DNA of 62,838 bases, filler included, from Stramenopiles sp. TOSAG23-3 (Eukaryota), in NCBI GenBank assembly GCA_900128585.1. It is 10 parts of 10 records of this genome, joined end to end, with 100 filler letters (N's around TTAATTAATTAA, not from the genome) between each part and the next. Parts side by side here need not be neighbours in the genome. Positions count along the whole stretch, not along the records: positions 56,366 to 57,910 come from LT645707.1; positions 58,011 to 59,553 come from LT645708.1; positions 59,654 to 61,196 come from LT645709.1; positions 61,297 to 62,838 come from LT645710.1; 6 more parts are not named here. The stretch is one strand, 5' to 3'. The stretch's first letter is position 1. Each line of letters starts with the position of its first letter. Positions 56,588 to 62,838 of the stretch are shown in pieces. Position numbers and translations under genes: made by a program. The notes under the pieces were generated by a model. It saw only the letters and a program-made list of their open reading frames with translations, was not told the DNA's origin and did no database searches.

Positions 56588-57742
56588 ATGTCCAAGTTCG
56601 TCGCGGAAGGGAACAAGCTGGCCCGCACGATAGCGTGCCAGTCGTTCAACTGGGACCGGTCGATGTGCGCCGTGTGCCCGAACACCAACGAGGCCATCGT
56701 CTACATGAACTGCAAGGAGCCGGACATGGGGAAGTGGGAGGAGGTCTACCGCCTCTCGGAGCACACGATGAAGATCTCGGCCATCGACTGGTCCCCGGTC
56801 TCGAACAAGATCGTCACCTGCTCGCACGACCGGAACGCGTTCGTATGGACCTACGACGATGAAACGTCCAAGTGGAAGCAGAGCCTGGTCATCCTGAGGA
56901 TCAACCGGGCGGCCACCTGGTGCAAGTGGAGCCCGGACGGGGCCAAGTTCGCGACCGCGAGCGGGAGCAAGGCCGTCCCGGTCTGCCACTTCGAGCAAGA
57001 GAACGACTGGTGGATTAGCAAGATGATCAAGAAGCACAAGAGCACCGTGCTGTGCGTCGAGTGGAACCCGAACTCCCAGATCATTGCCACGGGGGGCACG
57101 GACTTCAAGTGCCGCGTTTTCTCCGCCTACATCTCCCGGGTCGACACCCCCGACATGGAAGGGGTGTTCGGGGACCTGACCGACACGTTCGGGGAACTTT
57201 TGGCGGAGTTCGAGACCCACGGGTGGGTCACCGCGATCTCCTGGTCCCCCAAAGGGGACCGCCTGGCCTTCGCGTGCCACGACTCCACCGTCAGCATTGT
57301 GTATTTCTTTGGCGGGGACGCCGGCCAGCAAGAGCAGCCGGTCGTGCAGACGATCAAGCTGAAAGGCCTGCCCCTGACCACCATTCTGTTCTGCAACCAG
57401 GACAAGGTCGTGGGCGGGGGGCACGACATGGCCCCGCTTGTCTTCGCCCCGAACGGGGAAGGGTTTTGGTCCCTCGCGAAGAATCTAGACGAAAGTAGTA
57501 AAGGGAAGAAGAAGGTTGTTGAGAAGAAGGAGAGCAGTTTCAGCGCCGCGCGGAACATGTTCGGCGCAAAGGGAAAGGCCAAAGGGAGGAAACGGGCCTC
57601 CACCTCCGGGGGGTCCACCGACTGCAACACCCAGCACAAGGGCGCCATCGTCGACATGAACCCGCTCTCCACCCCAGGGGAGGAAGTCACCAAGGTCGCA
57701 ATGAGCAGCGTGGACGGCCGCATGATTTTCTGGGACGTCTAA
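56588..57742 (+). CDS. ARPC1: Arp2/3 complex subunit 1 (p41-Arc)
   Basis: 'IVTCSHDRNAFVW', 'LVILRINRAAT', 'FEQENDWWISK.IKKHKSTVL' and 'TDFKCRVFSAYI'. Confidence 0.95.
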   Translation: MSKFVAEGNKLARTIACQSFNWDRSMCAVCPNTNEAIVYMNCKEPDMGKWEEVYRLSEHTMKISAIDWSPVSNKIVTCSHDRNAFVWTYDDETSKWKQSLVILRINRAATWCKWSPDGAKFATASGSKAVPVCHFEQENDWWISKMIKKHKSTVLCVEWNPNSQIIATGGTDFKCRVFSAYISRVDTPDMEGVFGDLTDTFGELLAEFETHGWVTAISWSPKGDRLAFACHDSTVSIVYFFGGDAGQQEQPVVQTIKLKGLPLTTILFCNQDKVVGGGHDMAPLVFAPNGEGFWSLAKNLDESSKGKKKVVEKKESSFSAARNMFGAKGKAKGRKRASTSGGSTDCNTQHKGAIVDMNPLSTPGEEVTKVAMSSVDGRMIFWDV

Positions 57743-58010
57743 GCGGGGACCCATGCAATTTTTTTAAAAGAGAGTACGCCGTAAAATACCAAGAAAAATA
57801 TTTTTCAAGACCACGAGATTAATTGATTTTTTTTATATACACAGTACTTCGTACATAAATCATTATCAATATCATAGCTTTAAACGTACCTATGATACGC
57901 GTTTTGATTANNNNNNNNNNNNNNNNNNNNNNNNNNNNNNNNNNNNNNNNNNNNTTAATTAATTAANNNNNNNNNNNNNNNNNNNNNNNNNNNNNNNNNN
58001 NNNNNNNNNN

Positions 58011-59534
58011 GTCAGTTGCTTTGAGGGCTACCCATGCTCGCTCCGTAATTCCCGGGTTTTCGATGAACGTCTTTAAGCTAATGTCGTTGTCGCCAATAAA
58101 GGTGTCTTTTACCATGCTCGAGTGCCACACTTCCACGTGCAGCGACGGCGCTGAGGTGGTCACGGGAAAAACAAACTTGTTGTTTTGCTTCTTTGTCCAG
58201 TGAGGGTTGTTACCACCGCCTTTGCAATAGTTTGTGCTCACCGATTTTCTGGACCCTGACAACTGCAGTTTTACGTACGGGTCCTGGGTGTTGAAATTTG
58301 TCACAGAGCGCAAATTGATGGCTTTGATCACCGTTACAGTAACCTTCCCGTTCAGCTTGTCCTGTTCGCCCACGTCGATGCTAAGCCTTGCCTTTCGCAG
58401 GTCTGAGCCCCCACTGCCGTGGCGTGCAGTGTCCAACTCGGACTCCAGCGCCTCAAAAAACTCCTGAAGGAGCGGTCGGAGGGTCTCCAGCACGTTCTTT
58501 CGCCCACTTTTGAACAACGAGTATTGCGCCAGGTAAGTGCTCTCTACCTGTCGCACTTTGCGCTGGTTGACAAAGTCCAACTCGGGCAAGTTCAACACTT
58601 TGGACGTTTGCTGCACGAGCAACGGGTGCAGCGTTTCTTCCACCCCCTTTCGTTCTGTCCCCAGGGTTTTCATGTTTCGTAAATATTGAACGCAGATCCG
58701 GTCGGACAGTTGCGACATGTCAAACCCGTCCGTTGACCCCCTCGCGACATCGCCGAACCGTCCCACGATTGCTCCGGGCGTTTGGAGAAACGTGGAGAAC
58801 GTCGACGCGCGCTTCGTTCTGCGCGGAGGGGACGTGGTTCCCTGGGCTGACATGAAGCTCCTCAAGCGTGACAGGTTGTCTGTCCCGCCCTCCCCATCGG
58901 GGGCGGTGGGCTTCTCGGGAGCCCCCATATCTACACTTTCTCGCTCCCTTGTAATGTCGATGTCGTCTTGTACAATGTCCCCCTCTCTCAATCGACGCTG
59001 GTACGTTTCTGAGTTGCTTTGCAGGACCTGGACGCCTTTCCGTATCCCCCGCACCCACTCGTCCCGTTCCGACTTGGTGAACGCGTACAGTCGCAAGACT
59101 TTGCCTTCGGACTCTTGGACGTCCTCGCTTTGCTGCCGCCCCGCGCCCTGCTCGTCGCAGAATATAGTGAACGGGAAGAGCTTCTCTTTCGTGGAGGACG
59201 GCTTCGACCCGTGCGTCTCGGTGTACCGGGCCGTACTAAACGCGTTCATGTAGAACTTTCCTTTCGGGACCTTGTCGCCTGCTTTGACGAAATAATACAG
59301 CTTCAGACCCGATTTTTGGCCTCTCCGCGGGGTTGGTAAGATGAAAAACCGCCGTTTCCAGTTTTTCTGCGCAAAAATTCCCATCCCACTCCCCAGCTTG
59401 AACGCATACCCAGAAACTAACACGTTCCCCGAACTGGACCTGAACGACGCACTCTCTCGCCGGAGAGGGGGTGGGGTAGTAGCGGCAGAGGCATCCGTCG
59501 AAGCCGCGCCTGCTTCCAAAGATTTTGCCGACAT
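58011..59534 (-). CDS. PH + C2 domain protein, 3'-truncated at the linker
   Basis: PH 'SGYAFKLG...NWKRRFF...ERDEWVRGI' and C2 'VTVIKAINL.....QDPYVKL....GGNNPHW...F.F.....LHVEVW...DTFIG'. Confidence 0.85.
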
Positions 59535-59653
59535 GCCCGGAGAGGGAGGGGTTNNNNNNNNNNNNNNNNNNNNNNNNNNNNNNNNNNNNNNNNNNNNTTA
59601 ATTAATTAANNNNNNNNNNNNNNNNNNNNNNNNNNNNNNNNNNNNNNNNNNNN

Positions 59654-60333
59654 GCCTTGCACAAGTCCATCAACTTGTTGCAGTTCTCTTCGCATTTAGT
59701 GGCATCCTTCTCGGCCTTGCACTTGGACAGGCATTGCAAGTTGTATGCAGAGCATCCAACGGCACTGCCGGCTGGGCCGGACGCAGCTGGGGCGGCCTCT
59801 TTGGCGGCGCAACCGCAGCACTTCTTTGGGGTTTCTGGGGCTTTCTCGGCGCAGGCACAGCAATCCGTTTTCGGTGGCTGCGGCTGGCAGTGTGGGGATT
59901 TTTCACAAACAAGAGCGCAGCGTGGCTTTTGGCAGTCGGCTGGGCGGTGGCACTTCCAGTCGCACAATGGTTCTTCGCACACACTTTCGCATTTTGGGGA
60001 TGGGTTGGTGCACTCGGTGTGGCATTGGGGTTCCTTGCACACGGTGTCGCATTTTGGGCACGCACCTTTCTCGCAGTGCTTGACTGGGCAGCGTACTTCG
60101 CATTGGGGCTTGTCGCACTTGATGGCGCACTTCGAGCAGCCAAGTTCTTGGCAGCGGGTGGAGCAGCGTGGCTGTTCGCAGATTGGTTCGCAAACTTGGT
60201 TGCAGACTGGGGAGTCGCACTTCCACTGGCACTTGGGGTGGCAGTCACCTCCTTCACCGCATTCGCCGGTCGGGGAGTCGCAGGCGGCCATGGCGGTCGC
60301 AAGGATAGCTAAGAATACAACAGCAGTTTTCAT
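59654..60333 (-). CDS. Secreted, extremely Cys-rich protein (CxxxC/CxxPxC repeats), 3'-truncated
   Basis: Signal peptide MKTAVVFLAILATAMA followed by 'CHPKCQWKCDSPVCNQVCEPICEQPRC...'. Confidence 0.82.
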
Positions 60334-60877
60334 TTTGAAGATGAATTGTACTATGTATGAAATCTCGTAACTTCCCCGTTGGCAATATTCTTCCGTTCAC
60401 TATGCGTTTTAATGTTTCCCCTCAATGTCCGTCCAGACGTAAGTGTCAATCTGTTTAGTTCAATGAAGGCCGACCTCAAATAATGGGGTACTTAATAAGG
60501 GAATAGAAAGAGAAGAAGAAAATAGAAGAAAACAACTGATCGGCCTTTTTTCATTTTTTTAATGGAAATAACAGGGACAGAGCATAAGATACCTGTCGAT
60601 TTAAATAATATATTAATATACTTTAGTATGTAATAATGTACTTATTTATACTTATAATATTATTAGTATACATATTGTAGTTCTTAGATGAATTAATAAA
60701 GTACCTTTAGGATCGTATTCTTTAAAACAATATATGTATCTATATTTATTAATATAAACACATCATATAAATTATAAAATCATTAAAATCCACCTCGCCA
60801 TTTCTTCCTCGCTTTCATCCCCCCCTTTTTTTTTCAACCTTTTTTCTTCTTTGGTTTTACTCCTCACGCGTTTATAC

Positions 60878-61019
60878 TAAAAAGTATAACATAAGAATAT
60901 CATAGACAATAAAAAGTATAACATAAGAATATCATAGACAATAAAAAGTATAACATAAGAATATCATAGACAATGAAAAGTATAACATAAGAATATCATA
61001 TATAATAAAAAGTATAACA
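60878..61019. repeat. 32-bp minisatellite, about 4.4 copies (TAAAAAGTATAACATAAGAATATCATAGACAA)
   Basis: Units start at 60878, 60910, 60942, 60974 and 61006, with no spacers. Confidence 0.9.
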
Positions 61020-61053
61020 AGACTCTCGCTCAGCTTTAAAATCAATCGAACGG

Positions 61054-61196
61054 AGAAGAAAGAAGAAGAAGAAGAAGAAGAAGAAAGAAGAAGAAGAAAG
61101 AAGAAGAATGAAGAAGAAAGAAGAAGAAGAAGAAGAAGAAGAAGAAGAAGAAGAAGAAAGAAGAAGAAGAAAGAAGAAGAAAGAAGAAGAAGAAGA
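61054..61196. repeat. (GAA)n-rich tract at the contig end
   Basis: Read directly. It is the likely cause of the assembly break. Confidence 0.9.
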
Positions 61197-61296
61197 NNNN
61201 NNNNNNNNNNNNNNNNNNNNNNNNNNNNNNNNNNNNNNNNTTAATTAATTAANNNNNNNNNNNNNNNNNNNNNNNNNNNNNNNNNNNNNNNNNNNN

Positions 61297-62000
61297 GGGA
61301 GAAGCGGCGCCCCAAGAAAAAGAAGAAACCGAACCCTTTGCAGCAGTTCGAGAAGGCCCACAGACCCAAGAAGCCAAAATCGCCATACCTACTGTTCTCA
61401 TTGGTGTACCGGAAAGAGTTGGTAGCTGCCCGGCCAGAGATCAAGAAAGGCAAAGACGTGATGGTCCTTATTGGGGCAAAGTGGAAATCCATGGACGCCG
61501 CGAGTAAGGAAAAATACAAAAAAGAGGCTGGCGTCTTGAAAGCACAATACGCAAAGGAGATGCAGGCGTACGAGAAGAAGCTTGCAGAATTCAAGGAGAA
61601 CAACCCAGCGCTCTTGGTGGTGCCAGAGAGTTCTGAAGATAGCTCTAGCGAAGATAGTAGCTCAAGCGACGAGGAGCAGGCACGCCGAAAAAGGAAGAAG
61701 CTGAACCCTGTCGATAAGTTCATAAAGATGAACGGGCCTAAAAGGCCGATGTCAGCGTACCTCTTGTTCGTTGCCCATTTTCGAAAGCAAGTGGGCCTTG
61801 AGAATCCCGAAATGATCCAGAAGGATATAATGAGAAGAATGGGGCAGTTGTGGAAAAAAACTTCCATGGAGGAGAGAAAGCCCTTCAACGACCAAGCGGC
61901 TGCTTTGAAAGCTGCGCACCCAGCAAAGCTGCAAGCGTTCAAGGACGGACCTTTAGCAGAATTTATAAAAAAGGAAAAAGAAGCAGAACAAGAAGTCTGA
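61297..62000 (+). CDS. Tandem HMG-box protein, 5'-truncated
   Basis: Two HMG boxes: 'PKKPKSPYLLFS...IGAKWKSM...KEKY' and 'PKRPMSAYLLF...MGQLWK.....RKPF'. Confidence 0.88.
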
Positions 62001-62156
62001 TAAACTTTGCGTGGTTTTTAGCCGGGCCTCTCGGTGTAACACGCAAAAAAAAAAAGTGAGATATATGATATAAAAACAATAAAAATTGGCTGTTATTAAA
62101 ATCTAAAACCAAAAAATTCTTGGCTGTTATTTAAGTAAAATTAAAATTTATCTTCC

Positions 62157-62838
62157 TCATGTACCTCGAAAATGAATCTGCTCCTTCTGTCCAGGGCGTC
62201 CTGTTTCGAACTCTCCGAAAACTAAATTGTGGTCCGACTCCTTGGTGTCCAATACCCCCCAATCGTTCACGTCCATCGACGTGAGCAAAACGTCATAGCA
62301 CCTGGGAAAATCGACACCAAGCTTTCCAACATTGTACACAACTTGGTGCCCAAATTTTGGCTCATTTGCTCTGGAGAAAAAATGCGTCGGAATCATAGGA
62401 TCCCCCACCAAGGCCCCACCAGCGCCCATCAATTCTGCCAATTTCTTTAAATTCGCAATTTGCGTCGACTTGAGAAACGAAAACAAGTTGGAATCCCCAC
62501 AAAAGATATCCTGATCGTCCCCCTCCCCGTTACTCCCAGCGAAGACTTTCCCTGCATTAATGTGGCTTACCAAATACCCAAATTGCCGCAGGCGATGTGC
62601 ATTGTTGCCCGCCGCGTCAAGATGAAAATTATGAACTCTGTAGACGCCGCCCTTTTCGTCCTCTGCGTCTTGAAACGAGCACGAGAGCGCGTGCTTCTGC
62701 TCAAGGGACAAGCCAACCAATTTATTCCAGAACGGCAATTTGCTGAGCACAGGCAACTCTACTGTCGCACTTTCCAGTAGTTTTAATCTGTTGCTATCAA
62801 AAATGGTCGCGAACCTTGGGGCTGTACTGGAGCGAACT
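62157..62838 (-). CDS. Endonuclease/exonuclease/phosphatase (EEP) family protein, 5'-truncated
   Basis: 'NFHL', 'CGDSN', 'TH', 'YD' and 'SDH' occur in EEP order. The frame stays open to the window end. Confidence 0.75.
   Translation of the reverse strand, partial: VRSSTAPRFATIFDSNRLKLLESATVELPVLSKLPFWNKLVGLSLEQKHALSCSFQDAEDEKGGVYRVHNFHLDAAGNNAHRLRQFGYLVSHINAGKVFAGSNGEGDDQDIFCGDSNLFSFLKSTQIANLKKLAELMGAGGALVGDPMIPTHFFSRANEPKFGHQVVYNVGKLGVDFPRCYDVLLTSMDVNDWGVLDTKESDHNLVFGEFETGRPGQKEQIHFRGT

Noticed and set aside
60878..61019. 32-bp repeats of CRISPR-like length
   Set aside because: Head-to-tail with no spacers, no cas genes and a eukaryotic context, so this is a minisatellite.
9348..61296. Regularly spaced TTAATTAATTAA palindromes flanked by N
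   Set aside because: Artificial contig linkers. Contigs are sorted by size, so neither the spacing nor cross-linker gene clusters are biological.

Overview
Eukaryotic nuclear DNA from a flagellated, probably heterotrophic protist (inferred from a CFAP119-like gene, ARPC1, a G-protein gamma subunit, a TMC channel and a BAR-SH3 protein; a stramenopile-type SAG/MAG is plausible but unproven). The window is not one locus. It is ten contigs or scaffolds joined by nine artificial 100-bp spacers (44 N + TTAATTAATTAA + 44 N) and ordered by decreasing length (9347, 9304, 9299, 9296, 9267, 9252, 1545, 1543, 1543, 1542 bp), so adjacency across spacers means nothing. It holds about 26 GC-richer, almost intronless protein genes (one clear GT-AG intron) separated by very AT-rich spacers. 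No rRNA, tRNA or CRISPR was recognised. Most notable: (i) otherwise intact conserved genes (DBP3-type helicase, TMC channel) lose short conserved segments with a frameshift; (ii) a dispersed element recurs at gene 3' ends, mostly between convergent genes, while 5' regions carry GAA/TTC tracts and a TACGAG/CTCGTA dyad; (iii) a decayed PIF/Harbinger transposase lies next to 2OG-Fe(II)-oxygenase-like fragments; (iv) an atypical soluble P450 and a membrane protein with a phage-tail-fibre-like motif. None of these is established as a new biological system, and assembly artefact is the leading explanation for (i).
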